29,472 bases of DNA from Micropepsaceae bacterium. Lineage in GTDB: Bacteria > Pseudomonadota > Alphaproteobacteria > Micropepsales > Micropepsaceae. The translations under genes were made by a program, and so were the position numbers. Of this stretch, positions 10,077-19,304 are shown one piece after another. The stretch's first letter is position 1. The number at the start of each line of letters is the position of its first letter. A model generated the notes under the pieces. The model searched no databases. It was not told the origin of the DNA and saw nothing but the letters and a program-made list of their open reading frames with translations. The stretch spans positions 1 through 29,472 of the forward strand of contig JBKJZU010000523.1 in assembly GCA_046715015.1 (NCBI GenBank). Reading direction: 5' to 3'.

Positions 10077-10402
10077 CGCACGATCCCTTTGCGGGCCGCT
10101 TTGTCGTCGAGGCCGGAACGTCCTTCGCGCGCGGTTAGCTCCGCGAAGACGTCTTTCGGATCGACGCCTGCCGCGACCCAAAGCACACACAGGTGATAGA
10201 GCAGGTCCGCGGACTCCGCGACGCGCTCTTGCGTCGTGCCGGCGAGTGCCGCGATCCCCACCTCAACGCCCTCTTCGCCGACCTTCTTGGCGCACTTGGC
10301 CACGCCTTCCTTCAAAAGCTTGGCGGTGTAGGAAAGCGAAGGGTCGGCGCCTTTGCGCGCCAGGACCTGCGAATAAAGCCGGTCCACGGGATGCTCACTC
10401 AT
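10073..10402 (-). CDS. hisE: Phosphoribosyl-ATP pyrophosphohydrolase HisE
   Basis: SYTAKLL...AKKVGEEGVEV...ESADLLYHL...R.G.SG HisE motifs. Alternative GTG start at 10408. Confidence 0.92.
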   Translation of the reverse strand: MSEHPVDRLYSQVLARKGADPSLSYTAKLLKEGVAKCAKKVGEEGVEVGIAALAGTTQERVAESADLLYHLCVLWVAAGVDPKDVFAELTAREGRSGLDDKAARKGIVR

Positions 10403-10481
10403 CGTCACTCACTTGGGCTGGAATCAGCCGCCAACAAAGTTATCAGCCGAATGCCGCCTGTGGCAAAGGGCCCGCCCTACA

Positions 10482-10512
10482 TTGACACTTGCGCGCCATT
10501 CCCGATCAACAT
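10482..10512 (+). promoter_or_regulatory. Possible sigma70-type promoter for the metal ABC operon
   Basis: Perfect TTGACA at 10482-10487. The -10 is weak (CAACAT 10507-10512, 19-nt spacer). Confidence 0.3.
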
Positions 10513-10520
10513 CGCACCAC

Positions 10521-10619
10521 ATGAACGACCTCTTGGCACAAGGCGTCCTCGCCCGTTTCGCGCTCGCAGCCTGCGTGATCGCGCTCCTGTGGCTTGGCGT
10601 GTTGTGGGCCATCGCATGA
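10521..10619 (+). CDS. 32-aa single-TM small protein leading the metal ABC operon
   Basis: MNDLLAQGVLARFALAACVIALLWLGVLWAIA. Its stop overlaps the ATPase start (ATGA 10616-10619). Confidence 0.6.
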   Translation: MNDLLAQGVLARFALAACVIALLWLGVLWAIA

Positions 10620-11371
10620 TGCGCGGACGTTCCATCTCGTTGACCGACGTGATCGTGACCTACCGGCGTGTGCCGGCCGTCCACCACGTCAGCGGTACGT
10701 TCGAGGCCGGATCGCTCACTGCGGTCGCCGGCCCGAACGGCGCCGGCAAGAGCACGCTGTTGAAGGCGATCATGGGCTTGCTGCCGGTCAGCGACGGCCG
10801 CATCGACCTCGCCGGCCTCACAGCGCGCCAGATCGCCTACCTGCCGCAAATGCCGGAGATCGACCGCAGCTTCCCGATCTCGGTCGAGCAAACCGTGCTG
10901 CTCGGCGCCTGGCCCCGTGCCGGCGCCTTCGGCGCGCTCGACCGCGTGGAGCGAACCCGGGCCGCCGGAGCGATCGCGAAGGTCGGTCTCTCCGGCTATG
11001 CGCACGCCCCCATCGCGGACCTATCGGTCGGCCAATGGCACCGCGCATTGTTCGCGCGCCTGATCATGCAGGACGCGCCCGTTATCCTCCTCGACGAACC
11101 GTTCGCTGCGGTCGATGAGCGCACGACGGAAGACCTGATGGCTCTCGTGCGCAACTGGCGCGACGAAGGCCGAACCGTGATCGCGGTTCTTCACGACATG
11201 AGTTTCGTCCGCCGCCACTTCCCGCGCCTGCTGTTGCTCGCCCGCGAAGTGGTCGCGTGGGGGCCGACGGAAGAGGTTCTTACGCCCGAAACCGCCGAAC
11301 GCGCGCGCGCCATGACGGACCGCTGGGCCAGCGACCCGTGCTCGCACCCCCACAACCACGCGGGCGCTTGA
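10616..11371 (+). CDS. Zn/Mn ABC transporter ATP-binding protein (AztA/ZnuC-like)
   Basis: Walker A GPNGAGKST, YLPQ...FPISV, LSVGQ signature, ILLDEPF, AVLHD. Confidence 0.9.
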   Translation: MMRGRSISLTDVIVTYRRVPAVHHVSGTFEAGSLTAVAGPNGAGKSTLLKAIMGLLPVSDGRIDLAGLTARQIAYLPQMPEIDRSFPISVEQTVLLGAWPRAGAFGALDRVERTRAAGAIAKVGLSGYAHAPIADLSVGQWHRALFARLIMQDAPVILLDEPFAAVDERTTEDLMALVRNWRDEGRTVIAVLHDMSFVRRHFPRLLLLAREVVAWGPTEEVLTPETAERARAMTDRWASDPCSHPHNHAGA

Positions 11372-11372
11372 G

Positions 11373-12257
11373 ATGTACGACCTCATCGCCGCGCCGTTCG
11401 TCGATTTCGAGTTTATGCGCCGCGCCCTTGTGGCCTGCCTGGCACTGGCCGTCGGCGCAGGTCCCCTTGGTGTGTTCCTGGTTCTTCGCCGCATGAGCCT
11501 GATGGGCGACGCAATCGGCCATGCGGTGCTGCCCGGCGTCGCAGTCGGTTTCATGGTCTCAGGCCTCTCGCTCGGCGCAATGACGATTGGCGGTGTCGTC
11601 GCAGGCTTGGTGGTCGCACTTCTCGCCGGCCTCACTGCCCGCGCGACCGGCATGAAAGAAGACGCAAGCCTCGCCGGTTTTTACCTGACCAGCCTCGCGC
11701 TCGGCGTGATGCTGGTCTCATTGCGCGGTTCGCCGATCGATCTGCTGCACATCCTGTTCGGCTCGATCCTCGCCGTCGACGATCAAGGGTTGCTGTTTGT
11801 CGTGGGTGTCGCAAGCGCAAGCACGTTGATCATCAGCCTGATCTACCGGCCCCTCGTCGTCGAATGCTTCGACCCCGTCTTCGCGCGCACGGTCGGCGCA
11901 CACGGCGGCTGGGCGCACGCGATCTTCTTAGGCCTCGTGGTCTTGAACCTCGTCGCCGCGTTCCAAGCGCTCGGCACCCTGATGGCGGTCGGCCTCATGA
12001 TGCTCCCCGCCCTCGCCGCAAGGTTCTGGTCGGAGGACGTCTCGCACATCGCCATCGTCGCGACCGGCTTGGCCGTGGCCTCAAGTTTCGTGGGCCTTTT
12101 GATCTCGTACCACTTCGAAATCGCTTCTGGCCCAGCGATCGTACTGACCGCGGCCGCGCTCTATCTCTTCTCGATCGTTGCAGGTTCTCGTTCGGGTCTC
12201 CTCGCGCGCTGGCTGCGCCGCCCGCACTTCCACGAACCGCATGAGGCCAAGCGATGA
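11373..12257 (+). CDS. Zn/Mn ABC transporter permease (AztB/ZnuB-like)
   Basis: RRMSLMGDAIGHAVLPG, EDASL, DLLHILFGSILAV, ECFDP: ABC-3 family motifs. Confidence 0.92.
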   Translation: MYDLIAAPFVDFEFMRRALVACLALAVGAGPLGVFLVLRRMSLMGDAIGHAVLPGVAVGFMVSGLSLGAMTIGGVVAGLVVALLAGLTARATGMKEDASLAGFYLTSLALGVMLVSLRGSPIDLLHILFGSILAVDDQGLLFVVGVASASTLIISLIYRPLVVECFDPVFARTVGAHGGWAHAIFLGLVVLNLVAAFQALGTLMAVGLMMLPALAARFWSEDVSHIAIVATGLAVASSFVGLLISYHFEIASGPAIVLTAAALYLFSIVAGSRSGLLARWLRRPHFHEPHEAKR

Positions 12258-13135
12258 CGCTGCGCGCTCTCGCGTCCGCCGTCGCGCTCCTCATAGCGAC
12301 GTTTCCAGCGCCCGCCGCCGAGAAGCTCAACGTCGTCGCCACATTTTCGATCCTCGGCGATATCGCAGCGCGCATCGGCGGTGACGCTGTCGACGTGAAA
12401 ACGCTCGTCGGCCCCGACGGTGACGCACACGTCTATCAAGCGACGGCTGCCGATGCGCGGGCCGTCGCTCAGGCCCGCATCGTGATCGTGAACGGCCTCG
12501 CCTACGACGACTGGGCGCATAGCCTCTTAACGGCGTCCGGATCGAAAGCGGCGGTTGCCGTCGCCTCGACCGGCGTCACGCCCATCGCCGGCGGGCATGA
12601 GCACGCAGACCCGCACGCTTGGCAGGATGTTCGCAACGTTGTCGCATACGTCGGTGTAATTGAGCGTGCACTCGCTGCCGCCGATTCAGCTCACGCGGCG
12701 CTCTACCGCGCGAACGCCGATGGATACCGCGCCGAGTTGCAGAAACTCGACGCCGAGATTCGCACGTCGCTCGCCACCATCCCGCCCGCTCGGCGCAGCG
12801 CCGTCACCACACACGGCTCCTTCGCCTATTTCGCCGCCGCCTATGGCGTCACGTTCACGTCGCCGCTTGGCACGTCGACGGAAGAGCAAGCCTCTGCCAA
12901 ATCGTTGGCAGCGCTCATCACGAGTGTCCGCCGTAACGGCATCAAGGCGCTGTTCCTGGAAAACGCCGCCGACCCGCGTCTGATGCGCCAAGTCGCCCGC
13001 GAAACCGGCGTGGAACTCGGCGGCACGCTCTACGCCGACGCCCTCTCGACAAAAGACGGCCCCGCCCCAACTTACGTCGGCCTGATGCGTCACAACCTAA
13101 GGCTCTTGACTGGGGCGATGGCGCACGGTTCTTGA
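12254..13135 (+). CDS. Zn/Mn ABC solute-binding protein (AztC/TroA-like, cluster A-I)
   Basis: Signal peptide; VVATFSILGDI; ligand positions DAHVY, DPHAW, TTHGSF, YADAL. Confidence 0.92.
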   Translation: MTLRALASAVALLIATFPAPAAEKLNVVATFSILGDIAARIGGDAVDVKTLVGPDGDAHVYQATAADARAVAQARIVIVNGLAYDDWAHSLLTASGSKAAVAVASTGVTPIAGGHEHADPHAWQDVRNVVAYVGVIERALAAADSAHAALYRANADGYRAELQKLDAEIRTSLATIPPARRSAVTTHGSFAYFAAAYGVTFTSPLGTSTEEQASAKSLAALITSVRRNGIKALFLENAADPRLMRQVARETGVELGGTLYADALSTKDGPAPTYVGLMRHNLRLLTGAMAHGS

Positions 13136-13157
13136 GCGCCTTCGTTTGGAGCCTTTC

Positions 13158-14120
13158 ATGTCCCAAGTTCCCGTCACCGTGCTCACCGGCTATCTCGGCG
13201 CGGGCAAGACCACGCTGTTGAACCGCATCCTCACCGAAAAGCACGGCAAGAAATACGCAGTCATCGTCAACGAATTCGGCGAAATCGGCATCGACAACGA
13301 CCTGGTTGTCGACACGGACGAAGAAGTGTTCGAGATGAACAACGGCTGCATCTGCTGCACCGTGCGCGGCGACTTGATCCGCATCCTGGGCGGCCTGATG
13401 AAGCGCAAAGACAAGTTCGATGCGATCCTGGTCGAAACCACCGGCCTCGCCGATCCGTCGCCGGTCGTGCAGACGTTCTTCGTCGATGACGACGTGAAGG
13501 AACGCACCAAGCTTGATTCCATCACGACTGTGGTCGACGCCAAACACGTTCTCGACCGTTTGAAAGACACGCACGAAGCCGCCGAACAAATCGCCTTCGC
13601 CGATCAGATCATCTTGAACAAGACCGACCTCGTTTCGGAAGAAGATCTGAAGCGTGTGGAACGCCGCATCCGCGAATTGAACCCGCTCGCGCCCATCCAC
13701 CGCACGGAGCGCTGCGACATCGCGCTCGACAAAGTCATGGGGCAGGGCGCGTTCGACCTGCAACGCCTGCTCGACCTCGAACCGGAACTCCTGAACCCCG
13801 AGCACGACGATCACGAACACTCGAGCGACATCGCCAGCGTCTCGCTCACCGCGAAAACGCCGCTCGACGGCGACAAGGTCACGAACTGGCTGCGCACGCT
13901 TCTGGCCGAACGTGGCCAAGACATCCTGCGCGCAAAGGGTATCCTCGACATCAAAGGCAAGGAAGAGCGTCTGGTCTTCCAAGCCGTTCACATGGTGATG
14001 GACGGCGATTTCGGGAAGCAATGGAAAGAGGGCGAGAAGCGCTTCAGCCGCATCGTCTTCATCGGCCGCAAGCTCGATGAGGCCGAACTCGAACGCGGCT
14101 TCAAGGCCTGCGTCGCCTAA
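13158..14120 (+). CDS. COG0523 (CobW/ZigA/YeiR-like) G3E GTPase metallochaperone
   Basis: TGYLGAGKTT, NEFGEIGID, GCICCTVR (CxCC), ETTGLADP, NKTD, short His/acidic linker EHDDHEH, CobW_C-like end. ATG 13158 with GGAG upstream. Confidence 0.93.
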   Translation: MSQVPVTVLTGYLGAGKTTLLNRILTEKHGKKYAVIVNEFGEIGIDNDLVVDTDEEVFEMNNGCICCTVRGDLIRILGGLMKRKDKFDAILVETTGLADPSPVVQTFFVDDDVKERTKLDSITTVVDAKHVLDRLKDTHEAAEQIAFADQIILNKTDLVSEEDLKRVERRIRELNPLAPIHRTERCDIALDKVMGQGAFDLQRLLDLEPELLNPEHDDHEHSSDIASVSLTAKTPLDGDKVTNWLRTLLAERGQDILRAKGILDIKGKEERLVFQAVHMVMDGDFGKQWKEGEKRFSRIVFIGRKLDEAELERGFKACVA

Positions 14121-15118
14121 TGCCGACACCCAAGATTACCGGCGGAAAGCAATGGCGCTTCGACGCGCCGATTATTGCATGTGTCTTCGACGCGGCAGGG
14201 CAGGGTGCGTTCGCGCTCGGCGACGGCACGCTGCGCACGTTCACGGCCGACGCAGCTGACCCACAAACGATCGAAGCGCATCAAGGCGCAACGCTGGCGC
14301 TGACGGCTCACCCCGAAGGCGGCTTTCTCTCCGGTGGCGACGACGGCCGCTTGGTCCACAGTGTTCCGGGCGAAACGCCGCGCGAGCTTCTCAAAATCAA
14401 AAGCCGCTGGATCGAAAACGTTGCTGCAGCGTCAGAAACGGGGCTCGTCGCCTGCACGGCCGGCAAGGACGTGCACTTGCTGCACGACAACCAGGTCTCG
14501 GTCTTCACGCACGCCACGACCGCGGCCGGCGTCGCGTTCGATCCGAAGGGCCGCCGCCTTGCTGTCGCGCATTACAACGGCGCCTCGCTCTGGTGGACGA
14601 AGTCGGCGGATCAACAGCCGAAGCTGCTCGAATGGAAAGGCTCCCACATCGCGGTCACGTGGAGCCCCGACGGACGCTTTCTCCTGACATCGATGCAGGA
14701 AAGCGCGCTGCACGGCTGGCGCATAGAAGACGCGGCGGACATGCGCATGTCCGGTTATCCGTCGAAGATCAAATCGATGGCCTGGGACCGTAGAGGCCGC
14801 ACGCTGTTCACCGCTGGCGCCGATCGCATCGTCGGCTGGCCGTTCACCGGACGGGGCGGTCCGATGGGCCGCGACCCGATCCAGATCGGCCCGGCACGCG
14901 ACGCCATGATTCAAGCCGTCGCCGCGCATCCGGAAGCCGACATTGTTGCCGCCGGCACCAGCGACGGCGCCGTGTGGTTCGAAGAAATCGGCGATCCCGG
15001 AACGAACTTCGTGATGCTGAACGCGGCGAAGATCACGTCCCTAGCGTTCTCGCCCGATGGCAAGCATCTCGCGATCGGCGACGAAGAAGGCAACGCAGCC
15101 GTCGTGCCGGTCGCTTAG
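14120..15118 (+). CDS. WD40-repeat beta-propeller protein
   Basis: TAATG overlap with the GTPase stop. Repeats such as [35 protein letters not shown]; no signal peptide. Confidence 0.85.
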   Translation: MPTPKITGGKQWRFDAPIIACVFDAAGQGAFALGDGTLRTFTADAADPQTIEAHQGATLALTAHPEGGFLSGGDDGRLVHSVPGETPRELLKIKSRWIENVAAASETGLVACTAGKDVHLLHDNQVSVFTHATTAAGVAFDPKGRRLAVAHYNGASLWWTKSADQQPKLLEWKGSHIAVTWSPDGRFLLTSMQESALHGWRIEDAADMRMSGYPSKIKSMAWDRRGRTLFTAGADRIVGWPFTGRGGPMGRDPIQIGPARDAMIQAVAAHPEADIVAAGTSDGAVWFEEIGDPGTNFVMLNAAKITSLAFSPDGKHLAIGDEEGNAAVVPVA

Positions 15119-16257
15119 TCCTTCTGCTCGCCGAAGAACTCTTTGACCTTCGCAAAGAAGCTCGTCGTCTTCGGCGAGTTTTGCGCGCTGCCGGCCTTCT
15201 CGAAGTCGCGCAGCAACTCCTGCTGCTTCTTCGTGAGGTTCACCGGCGTCTCGACCAGGACCTCGACGATCAGGTCGCCGTGTGGGCCTTGGCCGCGCAA
15301 GCCTGGCATACCCTTGCCGCGCACGCGGAACTCCTTGCCTGATTGCGTGCCCTCAGGGATAGCGACGCGCACGCGCCCGCCGCCCAACGTCGGCACCTCG
15401 ACGTTGCCGCCGAGCGCCACCGTCGAAAAGCTCACCGGCACGCTGCAATGCAGATCGGCGTTGTCGCGCTTGAAGAGCGGATGCGTCGAAATCGAAAGGA
15501 AAATGTAGAGGTCGCCCTTCGGCCCGCCGCGCAGGCCTGCTTCGCCCTCGCCGGCAAGCCGTATGCGCGTGCCGTCTTCGACGCCCTGCGGAATGTTGAC
15601 GTTGAGCGTGCGCTCGCGCTGCACGCGCCCGCTGCCGGAACACGAACGGCACGGGTTCTTGACCACGCGGCCAAGCCCCTGACAGGTCGGGCACGTCCGC
15701 TCGATCGTGAAGAAGCCCTGCTGCGCGCGAACTTTGCCGACGCCGGAGCAGGTCGGGCATGCCTGCGGCTTGGACCCCGCTTCCGCGCCAGAGCCGCTGC
15801 ACGCTTCGCAGGCGACTGAGCCCGGGATGCGGATCGTCGCGGTCTTGCCCGCATACGCATCGTCGAGCGATATCTCCATGTTGTAGCGCAGGTCCGACCC
15901 GCGCGACGCGCGGTTCGCGCCACCGCCGCCCCGGCGCGTGCCCATGAACTCGCCGAACAGATCGTCGAACACGTCCGTGAACGACGTCGAGAAGTCGAAC
16001 CCTTGCGGTCCGCCGCGTGCGCCGCCGGCACCTTCGAAGGCCTGATGGCCGTATTGATCGTAAGCCGCGCGCTTCTGATCGTCCTTCAGGATGTCGTAGG
16101 CTTCGTTCAGCTCCTTGAACTTCTGCTCCGAAGCCTTGTCGTCGGGGTTCCGGTCGGGATGGAGTTCCTTCGCCTTCTTGCGATAGGCAGCCTTCATTTC
16201 GTCGGCGGTTGCCCGCCGCTGAACGCCCAGAATCTCATAGAAGTCACGCTTGGACAT
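15115..16257 (-). CDS. dnaJ: Chaperone DnaJ
   Basis: J domain with HPD, G/F region, four CxxCxGxG repeats. Confidence 0.98.
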   Translation of the reverse strand: MSKRDFYEILGVQRRATADEMKAAYRKKAKELHPDRNPDDKASEQKFKELNEAYDILKDDQKRAAYDQYGHQAFEGAGGARGGPQGFDFSTSFTDVFDDLFGEFMGTRRGGGGANRASRGSDLRYNMEISLDDAYAGKTATIRIPGSVACEACSGSGAEAGSKPQACPTCSGVGKVRAQQGFFTIERTCPTCQGLGRVVKNPCRSCSGSGRVQRERTLNVNIPQGVEDGTRIRLAGEGEAGLRGGPKGDLYIFLSISTHPLFKRDNADLHCSVPVSFSTVALGGNVEVPTLGGGRVRVAIPEGTQSGKEFRVRGKGMPGLRGQGPHGDLIVEVLVETPVNLTKKQQELLRDFEKAGSAQNSPKTTSFFAKVKEFFGEQKD

Positions 16258-16314
16258 TCGTCCTGCCCGGCACTCTCAAAGAAGGCTGCTCGATCGGCAA
16301 AGGAGCGCGCGCGA

Positions 16315-18258
16315 TTAGCGCGCGCCGCCCTTCTTTTTCTTCTCTTCGTCGACTTCCTCGTAGTCGGCATCGACCACGTTGCCGTCGCCGCCCGTCGAAG
16401 CGTCGCCGCCCGCATCACCCGTGGCCCCGCCAGGAGCACCGCCTTCGGGGTTCATGCCCTTGTACATAGCCTCGCCGAGCTTCAGCGACGCTTGATGCAG
16501 CGCGTCGGTCTTGGAGCGGATCAACTCGGCGTCTTCGCCTTTGACGGCGTCTTTGACCGCAGTCGCCGCGTCTTCGATGGCCGAGCGTTCGGTCTGACCG
16601 ACCTTATCGCCGTGCTCCTTCAGAGCTTTCTCGATCTGGTGCACGGCCGCATCCGCGTGATTGCGCGCCTCCACGAGCTCGCGGCGCTTCTTGTCTTCGC
16701 CGGCGTGCTCCTGCGCCTCGCTCATCATCTTCTGGATGTCGGCTTCGCTGAGGCCACCGGAGGCCTGAATGCGGATCGCCTGCTCCTTGTTCGTGGCTTT
16801 GTCCTTCGCCGCCACGTTCACGATGCCGTTCGCGTCGATGTCGAACGTGACCTCGACCTGCGGCATGCCGCGCGGAGCAGGGGGAATACCGACGAGATCG
16901 AACTGGCCCAGGAACTTGTTGTCCGCGGCCATCTCGCGCTCGCCCTGGAAGACGCGGATCGTCACCGCCGTCTGTCCATCCTCCGCCGTCGAGAACACTT
17001 GAGACTTCTTCGTCGGGATCGTCGTGTTGCGATCGATCAGGCGCGTGAACACGCCGCCCAACGTTTCGATGCCGAGCGACAGCGGCGTCACGTCGAGCAA
17101 CAGAACGTCTTTGACTTCGCCCTTCAACACGCCCGCCTGAATCGCGGCGCCGATCGCCACGACTTCGTCCGGGTTCACACCTTTGTGCGGCTCTTTGCCG
17201 AAGAACTCTTTGACGATCTGCTGCACCTTCGGCATGCGCGTCATGCCGCCGACGAGTACGACTTCGTCGATGTCGGCGGGCGTCACGCCCGCGTCCTTCA
17301 TGCACGCCTTCAACGGCGCGAGCGTCCGCTGCACCAAATCGTCGACGAGCGACTCAAGCTTCGCGCGCGTCAGCTTCGTGGTCAGATGCTTCGGACCGGA
17401 TGCGTCCGCCGTGATGAACGGCAGGTTCACTTCGGTCTGCAGCTGCGACGAGAGTTCGATCTTCGCTTTCTCCGCCGCTTCCTTCAGACGCTGCAGGGCC
17501 AGCCGATCCTTGCGCAGGTCGATGCCCTGATCCTTCTTGAACTCGTCCGCCAAGAAATCGACGAGCCGCATGTCGAAGTCTTCGCCGCCCAAGAACGTGT
17601 CGCCGTTCGTGGCCTTCACCTCGAACAAGCCGTCGCCGATTTCCATGATCGAAATGTCGAACGTGCCGCCGCCACGGTCGTAGACCGCGATGGTGCCCGC
17701 TTGCTTCTTGTCGAGACCGTAGGCGAGCGCCGCCGCCGTCGGTTCGTTGATGATGCGAAGAACCTCAAGACCGGCGATCCGGCCCGAGTCCTTGGTCGCT
17801 TGGCGTTGCGCGTCGTTGAAGTACGCGGGAACCGTGATGACGGCCTGCGTGACCTTCTCGCCGAGATAGGCTTCCGCTGTCTCTTTCATCTTCTGCAGCG
17901 TGTAGGCGGAGACTTGCGACGGCGAGAGCTTCTCGTTGTCGCGGCCCAACACCCACGCGTCGGCGTTGTCGGCTTTGATGATCTTGTAGGGAACCATGCC
18001 GATGTCCTTTTGGGTCATCGGATCTTCGAACTTGCGCCCGATCAGGCGCTTGATCGCGAAGTAGGTGAATTCGGGGTTGGTGACGGCCTGGCGCTTGGCG
18101 GCCTGTCCGACCAGTCGCTCGCCGTCCTTCGTGAAGGCGACGATCGAGGGGGTCGTCCGCGCGCCCTCGGCATTCTCGATCACTTTTGGCTGCGAGCCTT
18201 CCATAATGGCCACGCACGAATTGGTCGTGCCAAGGTCGATCCCGATTACTTTACCCAT
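16315..18258 (-). CDS. dnaK: Chaperone DnaK (Hsp70)
   Basis: [43 protein letters not shown]. The phosphate-2 motif reads DRGGGTFD (see findings). Confidence 0.98.
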   Translation of the reverse strand: MGKVIGIDLGTTNSCVAIMEGSQPKVIENAEGARTTPSIVAFTKDGERLVGQAAKRQAVTNPEFTYFAIKRLIGRKFEDPMTQKDIGMVPYKIIKADNADAWVLGRDNEKLSPSQVSAYTLQKMKETAEAYLGEKVTQAVITVPAYFNDAQRQATKDSGRIAGLEVLRIINEPTAAALAYGLDKKQAGTIAVYDRGGGTFDISIMEIGDGLFEVKATNGDTFLGGEDFDMRLVDFLADEFKKDQGIDLRKDRLALQRLKEAAEKAKIELSSQLQTEVNLPFITADASGPKHLTTKLTRAKLESLVDDLVQRTLAPLKACMKDAGVTPADIDEVVLVGGMTRMPKVQQIVKEFFGKEPHKGVNPDEVVAIGAAIQAGVLKGEVKDVLLLDVTPLSLGIETLGGVFTRLIDRNTTIPTKKSQVFSTAEDGQTAVTIRVFQGEREMAADNKFLGQFDLVGIPPAPRGMPQVEVTFDIDANGIVNVAAKDKATNKEQAIRIQASGGLSEADIQKMMSEAQEHAGEDKKRRELVEARNHADAAVHQIEKALKEHGDKVGQTERSAIEDAATAVKDAVKGEDAELIRSKTDALHQASLKLGEAMYKGMNPEGGAPGGATGDAGGDASTGGDGNVVDADYEEVDEEKKKKGGAR

Positions 18259-18388
18259 GCTGTCAAAACCTCTCTTCTTCGGCGGATGATCTGGGGCCCT
18301 CTAACTTGAGGCGCCCGCCGCCATCCCCGCCCAAATCAGTTGGAACGCTTGTCGATTATCCCGCAATTTTCTGCGGGTTCGAGGGCAG

Positions 18389-18417
18389 ATATAGGGGCCG
18401 CCCCTCCAGGCCGCAAC
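18389..18417 (-). promoter_or_regulatory. RpoH (sigma32)-type promoter of dnaK-dnaJ
   Basis: Minus strand GTTGCG-N16-CCTATAT, close to the alphaproteobacterial RpoH consensus CTTGAA-N15/16-CCTATAT; about 130 nt upstream of the dnaK ATG. Confidence 0.7.
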
Positions 18418-18502
18418 TGCCTGCCAGCGCCAAAATTCGTGATTTTCTAGCCCTTTGCGACAGGCGTATGCTCCACGCGTCAAAATGACGAGGAGGCCGA
18501 CC

Positions 18503-19162
18503 ATGTTTCGTACATTCGGTTGGGCTGCGTTTTTGGCCTCAGTAGCATCGGTACTTGCCTTGACAGGCGCGCATGCAGACTCGGCGCGTCCCACCTATGC
18601 GTGCTTCTCACCCCAGAATGCGGCGGTCATCGGCCGCTTAGGTGCGAACGACGCAAGCGTCCGATACGGCTTTGAAACTGGCGAATGCTTGGCGCTTGGC
18701 CCTGGCACGCGCGTGACCGACGTTGAGCGCGTCGGGACCCTCTGGCGCTTTCGTGCGCTGGGCGCTCAGCCCTATCTCTTTGCGGCCGACTGGGGCGCGG
18801 GGTTCGCGCCTGCCGCGGCTAGCGGTCCCCCTGGCTTCGACAGGTATCTGCCGGTGACCGCGCGCCTGTTGGCGATGGGACGGACATTTGCTGATTGTTA
18901 CGCCGCGAACGACCGGCTCGACAAATGGGGTGACGACCTGAACCGTCGGTGGAACGCGTATTGGGCCAGAAGCCGCACCGACGTCGACGGGCCGAGCCCC
19001 GTCGTCTTGATCTATGTCTCCAGCGAAGGCCCCCGCCTATTCGCGGAAATGGACACCTACAAGCGCGAGGAAGGGATGCTTCGCAATCGGTGCAGCGCCG
19101 TCGTCTCGTTCGAAGCGGACCAAGACTTCGTCGCCTTCACCCGTTCGGCACAATTCGGCTGA
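18503..19162 (+). CDS. Hypothetical exported protein (4 Cys)
   Basis: AGGAGG RBS at 18491-18496, ATG 18503, signal peptide ending AHA, 219 aa. No family recognised. Confidence 0.72.
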   Translation: MFRTFGWAAFLASVASVLALTGAHADSARPTYACFSPQNAAVIGRLGANDASVRYGFETGECLALGPGTRVTDVERVGTLWRFRALGAQPYLFAADWGAGFAPAAASGPPGFDRYLPVTARLLAMGRTFADCYAANDRLDKWGDDLNRRWNAYWARSRTDVDGPSPVVLIYVSSEGPRLFAEMDTYKREEGMLRNRCSAVVSFEADQDFVAFTRSAQFG

Positions 19163-19178
19163 TCGGTTCAAAACCAGG

Positions 19179-19208
19179 TTTGGCGCCGGTCTTGAGGCCG
19201 GCGCCGAA
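19179..19208 (+). terminator. GC-rich stem-loop after the hypothetical gene (possible terminator)
   Basis: GGCGCCGGTC-TTGA-GGCCGGCGCC, followed only by a short TATTT. Confidence 0.45.
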
Positions 19209-19304
19209 TATTTCAGCCGGATCAAATCTTCCGGCTGGCCACACATTCGCCATTGAGCCACCCCACATATTCGCTATGGCAAGGGCTGGGATGGGCTTTA
19301 GGCG

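Noticed and set aside
10193-10615. Extension of the metal ABC ATPase, including GTG/TTG-started upstream ORFs
   Set aside because: Overlaps hisE and the small-peptide gene; the ATPase fold starts at 10616.
11021-11041. ABC signature LSVGQ instead of LSGGQ
   Set aside because: The third position varies naturally (CcmA here has LSAGQ); Ser, Gly and Gln are intact, so there is no evidence of inactivation.
14120-15118. WD40 protein as AztD
   Set aside because: AztD is periplasmic with a signal peptide; this protein has none and is coupled to a cytoplasmic GTPase gene.
16267-16293. CIRCE-like sequence between dnaK and dnaJ (CCGGCACTC-N9-GCTGCTCGA)
   Set aside because: Only the left arm resembles TTAGCACTC; the right arm does not match GAGTGCTAA. 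I saw no true CIRCE in the window, consistent with RpoH control of dnaK.
16003-18309. 768-aa plus-strand ORF antisense to dnaK
   Set aside because: Codon-aligned shadow of dnaK. Long antisense ORFs opposite Hsp70 genes are a known annotation artefact.
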